From Bacteroidales bacterium (lineage in GTDB: Bacteria > Bacteroidota > Bacteroidia > Bacteroidales > PUMT01): a stretch of 64,000 nt of DNA. This document shows, in pieces, positions 18,420 to 29,300 of the stretch; the stretch's first letter is position 1; each line of letters starts with the position of its first letter. The translations under genes were made by a program, and so were the position numbers. The notes beneath the pieces were generated by a model, which saw nothing but the letters and a program-made list of their open reading frames with translations, did no database searches and had not been told where the DNA came from. The stretch is from positions 1,852 through 65,851 of the forward strand of contig SLGC01000207.1 of NCBI GenBank assembly GCA_007123885.1. The letters run 5' to 3'.

Positions 18420-19358
18420 TTAATCGATTTTTCTCAGGAATTTCAACAGCTCATTGTCGGTCGAGAGAACAATGCTTGTATTACCATCAATTGATTTTTC
18501 GAGCGCCTCCATGGAACGCAGAAAGCTATATAGTTCCCTGCTGCCGTTGTTCCTGTTGTATGCGCCCGCATATACGGAAGTGGCCAGTGCATCTGCACGG
18601 CCCATAATGCCTTCCGCTTCCCTGAATGCCTCCGACTGGATCCTGGCCAGCTCGCGTTCCTTGTTTCCTTCAATTCGCCTGGCTTCGCCCTGGCCTTCCG
18701 ACCGGAACTGATCTGCTATCCTGTTCCTTTCACTGATCATTCTGTCAAAGACCCTCTCCCTGACCTCCTGAACATAGTTCATTCTTTTAAAACGGAAATC
18801 AAGAACCCTTATGCCAAGGTCGGAGGTCCTTTCATTTGCCCTTTCAAGGATAAGCTCTTCAATCCTTTCCCTTCCCACGGAAATTTCTTCGAGGGTTTCA
18901 ATATCTTCCAGGTATTCATCATAAACTACCGGCTCCCGGTTGGTAGACCTCACCAGATCGATCAGCTCATGGCTGGCTATTGCATTACGGGTTTCCCCGT
19001 CAAGGATATCATCAAGCCGTGACTGGCCGGAACGTTCATCCCTGAGCCTGATAAAGAACTGCAGGGGATCGGTTATCTCCCAGCGGGCATAGGTGTCGAC
19101 GAACATGAATCTTTTATCCTGCGTGGGCACCTGGTTGGGATCTCCGTCCCACTTAAGATATCTCTTGTCAAACATTTGAACCTTATGAATAAAAGGGGTT
19201 TTAAAGTTCAGGCCGGGCTCTGTTCTTGCTCCCCCGACGGGACGGCCGAATTGAGTGACAATGGCCTGCTGCGTTTCATCCAGTATAAAGATGCTCTGGG
19301 AAGCTGCTATAAGCATGGCTATGGCTACGGCTGCAAGTAAAATATATTTTGTCTTCAT
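18420..19358 (-). CDS. hflC: Protease modulator HflC (SPFH/band-7 family)
   Basis: 312 aa with an N-terminal TM anchor followed by an SPFH domain. It lies directly downstream of hflK. Confidence 0.9.
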   Translation of the reverse strand: MKTKYILLAAVAIAMLIAASQSIFILDETQQAIVTQFGRPVGGARTEPGLNFKTPFIHKVQMFDKRYLKWDGDPNQVPTQDKRFMFVDTYARWEITDPLQFFIRLRDERSGQSRLDDILDGETRNAIASHELIDLVRSTNREPVVYDEYLEDIETLEEISVGRERIEELILERANERTSDLGIRVLDFRFKRMNYVQEVRERVFDRMISERNRIADQFRSEGQGEARRIEGNKERELARIQSEAFREAEGIMGRADALATSVYAGAYNRNNGSRELYSFLRSMEALEKSIDGNTSIVLSTDNELLKFLRKID

Positions 19359-19360
19359 AA

Positions 19361-20350
19361 TTATTCTTGGATTTGTTGTTGAATATCGGTACGTTGATTT
19401 AGATTTAACAGCGGAAGCACATTGGATCCGTTTTCATCCAGTATAACCTTCACTCCGGTATTTGCCATTATCCTTTCCATGGTTTCAAGGTAGATACGCT
19501 TTTTGGTAACCTGCGGGGCTTTGATGTATTCTTCATACAGGGCGGTAAAACGTTCCGCTTCACCAGTCCCCCTGTTTACCCTGTTAAGTGCATATCCTTC
19601 TGCAAGTTGTATGGTCTCCTCGGCTTCGCCCCTTGCCCTGGGAATTACCCTGTTGTATTCAGATTCCGCCCGGTTTATCAGTGTTTCCCGTTCCTGTTGG
19701 GCTTCATTGACGGCGTTGAATGATGCCTTCACCGATTCAGGAGGGTTAACGTCCTGGAGGACAACCTGGTCGATCCGGATGCCGTTCTCATAATCATCGC
19801 ACATCCTTTGCAACAATTCTTCCACCGTTGTGGCCACCTCCTGCCTACCCACGGTCAGCACTTCATTTACGGTACGGTCGCCTACCACTTTACGCATTGC
19901 AGCCTCCGACATATCGTGAAGGGCATCTTCGGCATCCCTTACCCTGAACAGGTATTTATACGAATCCACTATACGGTACTGGATTACCCATTCGACGTCG
20001 GCAATATTAAGGTCTCCGGTGAGCATAAGAGACTCATCACCGTATCCGGCTTTGGTATACTGGGTCCTGGTTCCGGCCTCAACGGTCCGGAAGCCGAACT
20101 CCTGCTTAAGCTGACGCTGTACAGGTATTTTGTGCATTTTTTCCAGACCCAGGGGAAGAATGAAATTAAGTCCCGGATCTACCGTCCGGTTATATCTTCC
20201 AAGCATCAGAACGACCCCCTCTTCTTCGGGGCCAACGGTTTTGGCGGATGTGGCTGCAAGAATGACCAGTACTGCCAGCAGTACAACTTTTCTGGCATTT
20301 TTCCTGATCCATAGCAGCGAATCCTGGATTTGTTGATCTTGATTTCTCAT
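19361..20350 (-). CDS. hflK: FtsH protease activity modulator HflK (SPFH/band-7 family)
   Basis: 329 aa with a TM anchor, an SPFH domain and a coiled-coil C-terminal region. The gap to hflC is 2 nt. Confidence 0.9.
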   Translation of the reverse strand: MRNQDQQIQDSLLWIRKNARKVVLLAVLVILAATSAKTVGPEEEGVVLMLGRYNRTVDPGLNFILPLGLEKMHKIPVQRQLKQEFGFRTVEAGTRTQYTKAGYGDESLMLTGDLNIADVEWVIQYRIVDSYKYLFRVRDAEDALHDMSEAAMRKVVGDRTVNEVLTVGRQEVATTVEELLQRMCDDYENGIRIDQVVLQDVNPPESVKASFNAVNEAQQERETLINRAESEYNRVIPRARGEAEETIQLAEGYALNRVNRGTGEAERFTALYEEYIKAPQVTKKRIYLETMERIMANTGVKVILDENGSNVLPLLNLNQRTDIQQQIQE

Positions 20351-20849
20351 TTATGACATTTTTGGTTAACAATTTACTTTAATATTCAAGTACTTATTTG
20401 GCTGTATTTTAGGGATAATTTATTGGAAATCGGGGTTGATGTATTAATTACATGGCCTGGTACCTACCGGTTTTATGGAATATCCTAATCAGGGGGGTAT
20501 CGGGCAGAATGAAAATAGATTTAAAGTTGTATCATTCCTGATCCTGGTTCCGGTCATGGCCTCTAAAACGGTCTGAAGTATCTTATATTGCAGTACTACA
20601 TTCAATTTATATTAAAAGAGACCAAATAAGGACATATTGTTTTACATGTTCACCTGTGAACCCCTTAACATGGACAAACAGGACTATTTACATGGTCCTC
20701 CAGCGAGTGCAAAAGAACGAAAAAAATATTACATTTACTATCCGGCACCATAAAAATGATCATCCCATAAGCCTGTTCCCATCCACCTGACGGATAAATA
20801 TTTCTGTTTATGTCCTTTTTCCCTGTCACACCCAAGGCTATCGTGCTAC

Positions 20850-21012
20850 TTTTAACCTAACTTAAAAACTGCGTCTTCCAGGCGCGGTCATGTCCTGACG
20901 GGGCTTTGCGCGAAAGCCATGTGCGATAAAAAAATTCGCGGTGCTAAGCAAAAATCGATGTTAATGCCATCTCCGGTGGTGGATAATCCGATTTTGGCGT
21001 ATTTTTTAGTTG
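20850..21012 (-). repeat. Structured intergenic repeat family, copy A (with an approximately 43-nt internal insertion)
   Basis: On the minus strand it starts about 40 nt after the uvrA stop. It contains the 5-prime module (cgccaaaatcggattatccac), an insertion, then the double-hairpin core and a T5 run. Confidence 0.85.
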
Positions 21013-21048
21013 CAACAGCTAAAATTGTACCGGGCATCCAAGGTTGGC

Positions 21049-23856
21049 TTAATTTGCCTTTATGCCGGTCAGTCTTCCTGCAAGATGCTTTCCGGTATGC
21101 GATCTTTCGCATTTCACAAGCTCATCGGGCGTGCCTTCAAATACAAGATGACCTCCTTCTTCACCTCCTTCGGGACCAAGATCAATAAGCCAGTCGGCTG
21201 TTTTGATCACCTCCAGGTTGTGTTCTATGACCAGAACGGAATTCCCTCTTTCAATCAGTGCCCGGAAAGCTCTTAAAAGCTTTTTTATATCATGAAAATG
21301 GAGTCCCGTGGTAGGTTCGTCAAATATGAACATCAGGGACTGGTTTGTTTTTTCCCTGCCGAGGAAAGAGGCAAGCTTCACCCTCTGGCTTTCACCCCCG
21401 CTCAGGGTAGAGGAAGATTGTCCGAGTTTCACATAATCCAGTCCCACCTCATTGAGTGTATTAAGTTTTTCGATGATCTTCTTTTCAAGGTGGCTGTCCC
21501 CTTCGCTGAAAAAATCCAATGCTTCCCTGACAGTAAGTTCCAGAATATCATGAATATTTTTTTCCCTGCACCTGACATCAAGGATATCTTCCCTGAAACG
21601 TTTTCCCTGGCAGCTTTCACATAGTATATTCACATCTGCCATGAACTGCATCTCGATGGTAATGGTGCCTTCACCCTGGCACTCTTCACACCTTCCGCCC
21701 TCGATATTGAATGAAAAATGGCCGGGGCCGAAATTGTTGTATCTTGCTGCCGGCTGGGCCGCAAAAAGTTTCCGGATCTCATCGTAAGCCTTGATGTATG
21801 TAACCGGATTGGATCGTGAAGAGCGCCCGATGGGATTCTGATCAATCATTTCAACACCTGTGAGTCGTTCAAGGTTACCTTTCAGGGTACCGAATTTTCC
21901 GGATTTTATTCCATTGTTCTGATAAAGTTTTCCGAGTGCGGGATATAATATATTCCTTACAAGGGATGATTTTCCGGAACCGCTGACTCCGGTAACAACA
22001 GTCAGTATATTAAGCGGGAACTTCACTGTTATGCCCTTCAGGTTATTTTCCGATGCGCCGGTTATCTCTATGTAGTTATTCCATTTTTGACGGACAGCGG
22101 GCACAGGGATTGATTCTTTTCCTGTCAGGTACCTGGCAGTGATACTTTTACTATCCCTGATCAATCCCCTGTGATCTCCCTGGTACACTATTTCTCCACC
22201 CAGATGCCCGGCCATCGGTCCGATATCAATGATCCGGTCGGATGCCCTTATTATATCCTCGTCATGTTCAACCACAACCATCGTGTTTCCTGACTGTTTC
22301 AGTTGCCTGATCACCTTTATGAGCAGGTGGGTATCCCTGGGATGAAGTCCTATACTGGGCTCATCCAATATGTAAAGGGAACCCACCAGGTTGCTGCCCA
22401 GGGTGCTGGCAAGCCTGATGCGCTGTGATTCGCCGCCCGAGAGACTGGCAGAAAGGCGGTTCAGGGTAAGATACCCAAGGCCGACGTCTTTCAGGAAGTC
22501 AATCCGGCTCTTTATTTCCATGATCACCCTCCCGGCAATTTCCATTTCATTCTTTTCGGGCCGGAGGTTGTGAAAGAAGCCGGAGAGACCGGCTACAGGC
22601 AGCTGTACCAGTTCATTAATAGATTTGCCGCCTACTTTTACCCAGGAAGATTCCTTTTTCAGCCTTGTTCCCTTACATTCGTAGCATGTAGTTCTGCCCC
22701 GGTATCTTGACAACATTACCCGGTACTGGATCTTGTAGCTCTTTTTTTCAATATACCTGAAAAATTCATGCAGTCCCCGGAAGTACCCGTTACCGGTCCA
22801 CACAAGCTCCTTCATCTCTTCACTGAGCTCGTACCAGGGCTTATGGATGGGAAAGCCGAAAGCGGAGGCAGTGTATATAAGTTTTTCCTTCCATTTTTTC
22901 ATTTTCTCCCCTCTCCAGCATGCTATAGCATCGTTATATATTGACAGGCTCTTATCCGGAACAACCAGGTCTTCGTCAATACCGATTATTCTCCCGTATC
23001 CTTCACATATTGGGCATGCGCCAAGGGGATTATTGAAGCTGAACATGTGTTCCGATGGTTCTTCGAAGATGATCCCGTCAAGTTCAAACCTGTTTGAAAA
23101 TTTTACCGGTTCTTGTTTTCCTTCAATCACAAGCATACATTCATCGTTCCCCTCATAAAAAGCGTTTTCAACCGAATCGGCAATCCTGGACCTTGTATCG
23201 CTGTCCCCCGCTACCCTGAGCCGGTCAATGACCAGCGCAAGATCACCGGTAATTTCTGGTTTTTCAGGATTTGAAAGCAGATCCTCGACCTTCTCAACCT
23301 TGTTATTCAGGAAAATCCTTGTCATGCCCTGTTGAAGCCTGATATTCAGGCTTCTTTCAAATAATTCGGCGGGTGGAGCCGGTATTGGAGCAAGAATGAG
23401 AACTGTGGCATTCTCTTTGAGGGACAAAATGAAATTAACGACATCATTTACATCATGTTTTTTTACCACTTTGCCTGATACGGGTGAAACAGTCCGGCCA
23501 ATGCGGGCATAAAGCAATTTAAGGTAATCATAAATTTCGGTAGAGGTACCAACTGTAGATCGGGGGTTGTGAGTATTAACTTTTTGTTCTATTGCTATTG
23601 CGGGAGGAATACCTGTGATAAAATCAACTTCGGGTTTGTTAATTTTTCCTAAAAACTGTCGTGCATAAGAGGAGAGGCTCTCGACATACCGCCTTTGTCC
23701 TTCTGCATAAAGGGTGTCAAAGGCGAGTGAGGATTTTCCCGATCCCGACAAGCCTGTAATAACTATAAACTGATCCCTTGGGATGGCTAAATCAATGTTC
23801 TTTAAATTATGAACCCTGGCACCCTTTATAACAATTTGCTTACTATTTCCCCACAT
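21049..23856 (-). CDS. uvrA: Excinuclease ABC subunit UvrA
   Basis: 935 aa with two ABC ATPase modules (GLSGSGKSSLAFDT and GVSGSGKSSLV), zinc-finger cysteine pairs and LSGGE signatures. Confidence 0.97.
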   Translation of the reverse strand: MWGNSKQIVIKGARVHNLKNIDLAIPRDQFIVITGLSGSGKSSLAFDTLYAEGQRRYVESLSSYARQFLGKINKPEVDFITGIPPAIAIEQKVNTHNPRSTVGTSTEIYDYLKLLYARIGRTVSPVSGKVVKKHDVNDVVNFILSLKENATVLILAPIPAPPAELFERSLNIRLQQGMTRIFLNNKVEKVEDLLSNPEKPEITGDLALVIDRLRVAGDSDTRSRIADSVENAFYEGNDECMLVIEGKQEPVKFSNRFELDGIIFEEPSEHMFSFNNPLGACPICEGYGRIIGIDEDLVVPDKSLSIYNDAIACWRGEKMKKWKEKLIYTASAFGFPIHKPWYELSEEMKELVWTGNGYFRGLHEFFRYIEKKSYKIQYRVMLSRYRGRTTCYECKGTRLKKESSWVKVGGKSINELVQLPVAGLSGFFHNLRPEKNEMEIAGRVIMEIKSRIDFLKDVGLGYLTLNRLSASLSGGESQRIRLASTLGSNLVGSLYILDEPSIGLHPRDTHLLIKVIRQLKQSGNTMVVVEHDEDIIRASDRIIDIGPMAGHLGGEIVYQGDHRGLIRDSKSITARYLTGKESIPVPAVRQKWNNYIEITGASENNLKGITVKFPLNILTVVTGVSGSGKSSLVRNILYPALGKLYQNNGIKSGKFGTLKGNLERLTGVEMIDQNPIGRSSRSNPVTYIKAYDEIRKLFAAQPAARYNNFGPGHFSFNIEGGRCEECQGEGTITIEMQFMADVNILCESCQGKRFREDILDVRCREKNIHDILELTVREALDFFSEGDSHLEKKIIEKLNTLNEVGLDYVKLGQSSSTLSGGESQRVKLASFLGREKTNQSLMFIFDEPTTGLHFHDIKKLLRAFRALIERGNSVLVIEHNLEVIKTADWLIDLGPEGGEEGGHLVFEGTPDELVKCERSHTGKHLAGRLTGIKAN

Positions 23857-24118
23857 TATTTTCTGGCATAATTATTGTTTTATAAAAGTTGAGGTATTTT
23901 TGAAACGGTTAAAGGTGTAAGTCCCCTCAGGACAATTGTTTGGAGGATTTTCCTGGTACAAGGTAGAAGTTTTCTTTTATATTATTAAAATTGTGTACAA
24001 ATGAATTTTTTTACTTTCTTTGTAACCGATAATATTACAGAATTATTGCATAAATTTAAAAGAGACTGCTATCGGGAAACTTATACTCACGTATAATATT
24101 ATAAAAAAGGAGGTTAAC

Positions 24119-24709
24119 GTGGAAGCAAAAAGGATGAGTGATCAGGAACTCATACAGCAGTATCTTTCAGGTAACAATATAGCAATCGAAAAACTCATAA
24201 ATCGTCACAGGACTAAAGTTTTCACCTATATTGTTCTGGTAGTCAAAAATCAACAGCTTGCTGAAGATATTTTTCAGGACACTTTCATTAAAGTGATACG
24301 TTCGCTGGTTGATGGCAAATATAAAGATAACGGCCGTTTTGTGTCCTGGGTGATAAGAATAGCGCATAATCTGATAATAGATCATTTCAGAAAGGAAAAG
24401 CAGATCAATACCCTTTCAAATGATGATTACGAAGCTGATATTTTTAATTCAAAAAAATTCTCTGATCAAAATATAGAAGATCTTATGATCAAGGATCAGA
24501 TCACCAATGATGTACGACAACTAATAGATGAACTCCCGGAAGAACAGAAGCAGGTTATTTTACTGCGGCATTATGGCGGACTGAGTTTCAAAGAAATAGC
24601 AGATCAAACCGAGGTAAGCATTAATACGGCTCTTGGCAGGATGCGCTATGCACTGATAAATCTCAGGAAGCTGCTTACCAGAAGAAACATTAGTCTTACC
24701 CTGAGCTAA
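24119..24709 (+). CDS. ECF-type RNA polymerase sigma-70 family factor
   Basis: 196 aa with region 2 (FVSWVIRIAHNLIIDHFRKE) and a region 4 HTH (LSFKEIADQTEVSINTALGRMRYAL). The GTG start is preceded by aaggagg at 24107-24113. An alternative ATG lies at 24134. Confidence 0.9.
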   Translation: MEAKRMSDQELIQQYLSGNNIAIEKLINRHRTKVFTYIVLVVKNQQLAEDIFQDTFIKVIRSLVDGKYKDNGRFVSWVIRIAHNLIIDHFRKEKQINTLSNDDYEADIFNSKKFSDQNIEDLMIKDQITNDVRQLIDELPEEQKQVILLRHYGGLSFKEIADQTEVSINTALGRMRYALINLRKLLTRRNISLTLS

Positions 24710-24742
24710 AGGACATCTTTTTTAAAAAAATCAACATTTTAA

Positions 24743-24791
24743 GCGAAAGTTGGAGGAAGTGCAATAATAAATTCCTTCAACTTTCGTTTTT
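24743..24791 (+). terminator. Rho-independent terminator after the ECF sigma gene
   Basis: A stem of about 16 bp (gcgaaagttggaggaa / ttccttcaactttcg) with one or two mismatches, followed by ttttt. Confidence 0.7.
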
Positions 24792-24827
24792 CTGTTTGTA
24801 GGTCTGTTAAAAGTTGTTAAATTAGTA

Positions 24828-25034
24828 ATGAGAAAATTTTATCACATTCTGTATATAATGGATGATCTGCAAGAAGATAAGGAAGGACTGCTCCGACCTG
24901 ATTCAGATGAATCAGAGCAATTCGAAAATTACAGGGATGTTTTATCATTTCTTGATCAGCAAAGTTTCGATGTGAGTAAATCAATTGTGCAAAGGTTGGT
25001 TGATTATGCCGGAAAGCAGTTCAGAGACAGATAA
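24828..25034 (+). CDS. Hypothetical small acidic protein (68 aa; may start at the internal MDDLQ)
   Basis: ORF only. There is no TM segment and no recognisable motif. It lies between the ECF sigma terminator and the convergent rsmE. Confidence 0.3.
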   Translation: MRKFYHILYIMDDLQEDKEGLLRPDSDESEQFENYRDVLSFLDQQSFDVSKSIVQRLVDYAGKQFRDR

Positions 25035-25047
25035 CCTGCTGATGATG

Positions 25048-25755
25048 TTACTGCCAGGTATTAACCAGGTTTATAGTATGACAGGCAACAAGACCTGCCG
25101 TTTCTGTCCGCAACCTGCTTTTCCCCAGATTTACCGGAATATACCCGTGCAGCCTCGCCATATCCATCTCCTCTTCATGGAAATCCCCTTCAGGACCTAT
25201 TAAAATCAGCACATCAGTACCTTTTTCATACAGCTTTGCCAGATGCTGATCTTCAGGTGTGCTGCCTGATGCAATGAACTTTTTTGCCTCATGCTGCTGC
25301 CTTACCAGTTCCCGGAATGTTACAGCAGGGGAGATTTCAGGCAGCCAGGCCCTGAGTGATTGCTTTATTGCCGATAATGCAACTTTTTTCAACCTTTCTT
25401 CTTTAATCATCCTGCGTTCCGAGTTGATGCATAAAAGGGGAATTATCCTGTCGACACCTATCTCGGTTACTTTTTCGATGAACCATTCATACCTTTCAAT
25501 CCTTTTTGTAGGTGCAATTGCTATTTGCAGGAAATAATTTCTTTCTTTCGGAATCTGGCGGATCCCGGTTATTTGTATAATGCAGGCTTTTTTATCAGGA
25601 TTTACTAATTTAGCCTGGTAAAATTTACCGTTTCCATCTGTAAGATGGATCATATCTCCTTTCTTCAGCCTCAAAACCCGGATGCAGTGTGCTGATTCTA
25701 TGGGATCAAGTGTAAATTTGTCTCTGTTTATTTCGGACTGGTAAAAAAGATGCAT
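25048..25755 (-). CDS. rsmE: 16S rRNA (uracil1498-N3)-methyltransferase RsmE
   Basis: 235 aa with a PUA-like N-terminus (HCIRVLRLKKGD) and a SPOUT C-terminus (ILIGPEGDF...LGKSRLRTETA). Confidence 0.9.
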   Translation of the reverse strand: MHLFYQSEINRDKFTLDPIESAHCIRVLRLKKGDMIHLTDGNGKFYQAKLVNPDKKACIIQITGIRQIPKERNYFLQIAIAPTKRIERYEWFIEKVTEIGVDRIIPLLCINSERRMIKEERLKKVALSAIKQSLRAWLPEISPAVTFRELVRQQHEAKKFIASGSTPEDQHLAKLYEKGTDVLILIGPEGDFHEEEMDMARLHGYIPVNLGKSRLRTETAGLVACHTINLVNTWQ

Positions 25756-25806
25756 CTAATCAAATTAATGTGGTGATATCCGGGTTGTCAAAATTAATAT
25801 TTTTTT

Positions 25807-26331
25807 ATGAGTATCATAATAGGGTGCCTGTCTGATACACACGGTCTTTACGACGAACGGCTGACTGAATTTCTGGAAACGTGTGATGAGATATGGCATG
25901 CAGGTGATATAGGAAGCTTGCAGGTGGTAAAGAGGCTCACCTCGCTTAAACCGCTGAAGGCTGTTCACGGAAATATAGATGGTAATGAGATAAGGCAATT
26001 ATTCCCGGAACATCAAAGGTTTATGTGCGAAGATGTTGACGTATGGCTGACGCATATTGGCGGTTATCCGGGGAGATATGATTTCAGGGTGAAGGGAGAA
26101 ATCAATGAGTCACCGCCGCGTCTTTTTATTTGCGGTCATTCACATATTCTCAGGATCATGAATGATGAGAAACTAGGGTTACTGCATATAAATCCCGGAG
26201 CAGCTGGAAGATCCGGTTTCCATGCAGTTCAGACAGCCGTACGGTTCACTGTCAGCGGGAGCGGGATATCGGATCTTGATGTTCTTGAACTTAAAAAGAG
26301 CCCAAATCCCGGTTCCGTCGGTATGTCCTGA
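25807..26331 (+). CDS. Metallophosphoesterase family protein (YfcE/MJ0936-like)
   Basis: 174 aa carrying the calcineurin-like motifs DTHG, GDIG, GNID and GHSH in order. Confidence 0.85.
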   Translation: MSIIIGCLSDTHGLYDERLTEFLETCDEIWHAGDIGSLQVVKRLTSLKPLKAVHGNIDGNEIRQLFPEHQRFMCEDVDVWLTHIGGYPGRYDFRVKGEINESPPRLFICGHSHILRIMNDEKLGLLHINPGAAGRSGFHAVQTAVRFTVSGSGISDLDVLELKKSPNPGSVGMS

Positions 26332-29300
26332 AGAATTGTTCCAGCTTGGTATCAGGGGCAACCATGTAGATGTATCTTTCCTGACCCCGATCCCCCCTGT
26401 CCCTTCTGTGCCTGAGAGCAATATTGTTAATTATGTTCACAAAATCCTGGTTTGATGAGAATGATTGCATTGTCCCCCTGGTATAGCCGAAATAATACCA
26501 GTTACCGTCATCCGGTTCAATATAGAGATCAATGAAATCACCCGACCGGCGCTTGGTTATTTCCAGGTATCCCGTCAACATCCTGTTTACCGGTACTCCA
26601 TTTATATAAGCCACCCCTATTTTCCCCTGTGATATATATGAGCGGCTCTCCTTGTTCCAGACAAGACTGACATCGGACAAAACAAAGGTTTTTTGCAGTT
26701 CTCCGGGAAGTTCTTCAGCCCTTTTTGCCCCGGACGACTGCCTGAAGTTATCGGCTCTCTCTTTTCCGAGCAGTTCATTGAGCCCCATCCTGTAGTACCA
26801 GGCTGCCGAGTCAACAGGCTGGCTTCCGGTGCTCCCGTCATTAAGGGTCATAAGAGCCACAGCCTCTTCAGAAAAGAAGAAATCCAGGGTTACCATTCCA
26901 TTGATGGAAGTTTCATTTTCATTTACCCTGTTTAATGCCGTACCAAAAGCCTCCATCCCGAGCTGTCCGAATGATACGCCAAGTTCAAGTTCTCCCTCTC
27001 CCTGCAGGATGCATTCTTTGGGGTCAAGGCGCAGATAATTGCCGGGCATATCGGGATTCCTGAGCTTTTCCAGTGATGCAATATGGTATTGGCCGGAATG
27101 ATGATCGTATTTCATGTAACCATCGGCCGTGACAATCGGCAGATCAGCATAATTTTTTCTTTCCGAAAAGAATGCAGGATAAATATGAACCGAATCAGTC
27201 GCTATAAAAATGCCCGGATATATCCTCGTCCGGTCTGCCGACAATGGCTGTGCGGGTACCGGAATAAGTATTTCCATGGGATCAACCGTATGCTCGAAGG
27301 CAAGCCATTGGTCATCAATCCCTTCGCAGTTATGAACTATTTTAGTTGCACCCCTGAAATTAAGATGGCTTCTTGATGCCAATAACTCAGTCTCACCGGA
27401 AAAGACAAACCAGGGACTCAGCATAAAATCATTTTCTTCTGTGCTGCCGGATGCAAATGTTTCCTTATCGCCGGTAACAGTTATATCGCTGAAAAAAATG
27501 GATTGTACATCATCCCGCTCATCGCGGTAATCATAATATCCTGACCCACTGTATTGATTGCGGTTTTTTATATTTACCACAGCATCATAGATCTCATGAG
27601 AATATCTGCCGGCACCGGCCATGATCCTTGCCTGATGCAACGGGGCGATTTCGGTGCTCTCTCCAATGACAAGCACTTCATCATTGGGAATTATCATAGC
27701 ATCGGCTATTTCCAGGTACTTCACCTGGCTTGCAGTCAGTAAATGGTTACCATAATCCAGTTTGACATGTGGTGATATAAATCTCAACGAATCCTTGTCG
27801 CTTACTGTAGAAATATATTCCGCACCCTCAAGTCCTGTTTCCGGACATAAATGTGAACAAAAAAATTCAAATTCCTTTTCGTCCATTTTCCAGGTAAAAT
27901 TTTCAGGTTCTGTCGTAAAGCCATTCATTGGCAACAAAAGGGGACTGCTATCATGGCTCCTGGTAAATTCTCCGGTTTGCTTTTCAATATCTATACTGGC
28001 AAGCAGGCTGTTTCCTGATAATGTGGCATTTCTATTCTCCGGATCATGAAAAATAAGCCTGCTGCGGGATGTTGTAAATGATTCTGCCCCGAATGAGTAT
28101 TTTTCGGCTGTGAATTCAGCATTATCGATCCTAAGTGACCCTGAACCCGCAAGTCCCGATGGGGATATCTCCAGTGAACCTGCCAGGTAAGCCTTGTTTT
28201 CAAACAAACTGAAAGGCTCGTCACCCTGCTGCACCATCATCAGATCTTTTTCAGGAACCCATCTGACAGGATTGCCGCGGGATCTTACTGCCGGGAATTC
28301 GCTCCTGCCTCTTGATTTCTCAATTAAAAAATCATTTGTTACGGCAACCAGGGAATCAGGTAAGAATAGAAAATTTTCTGAAAACAGGGATGATGACAGG
28401 TAATCAAGTCTGCCATTCCCCCGCAGACCGCTATTATCCAGCAGTATATCTTCAAACCAGGTTCCTTTGCCACCATATACAGGCAGTCCCCCGGACGCTG
28501 CATGTCTTATGCCCAGCGAAAAATCTTCCTGTAATATAAGCTTTTCCCCGATATCAGAGAAAATTCCTGCCGAGACCAGTTTGCCGTCGAAACTCAGATC
28601 ATCGTTCCTGAAAGAGCTAAGGCTGTCCAGTACGAATGGATAAAGTTCAAAAAAGAAATCCTCCTGGCCATATACACCACCCTGAATTTCCCTGTTGTCA
28701 TAAAAGACATAGGAGTTGGTCGAGCTGCTGAATTTGGGATAATCGGGGTGATCAATCCTTCCGGATTTATTAAAAGGCTTATCAACATAAAGCTCTCCGG
28801 TAACATTCCTGATAAGGTTCCTCACGCCGGCCAGTCTGGCTCTGCCGTATATATCGGTAGCTTCAAGAGGCACCCTCATGCTTATTGAATCAACATCATT
28901 GAGGCTTATCCTGTAATCGTCATAATCAAAGGAAAAAGTGGTTCCGAAAAAACTGAGGTTGCCTGCATTGATGTTCCCGTCAAACTGGAAATTCCTGTTT
29001 TTTTTCAATGTCACGGTATTGTTCACGGGAAAAATATTTACATTTTGAGTGTTGCTGATGATCACCTGTGGTATACCGTTGATCTTTACATCGTGGGTTT
29101 CAAGGCTAAGGATCGCATTTTCAAGAGGTGACTGCACCGTTGATGAAAAGTCAATAATATCATAATCGATACTTCTTATATTAGCCTGCAGGTAATCAAA
29201 CATCTTGTCCCTTACGCGGATCAGGTCTGTGCCGGTATCATAAAAAATAAATCCTTCCAGGGTCAGTTCCAGTAACTGATGACGCACTCTTGGAAGCGGC

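Noticed and set aside
18183-18607. Short ORFs (103 and 81 aa on +, 76 aa on -) in and around the DHOD-like/hflC spacer.
   Set aside because: The region is occupied by repeat copy D, a GC-rich hairpin and the hflC 3-prime end. The ORFs are Arg/Pro/Cys-rich and overlap hflC antisense, so they are not credible genes.
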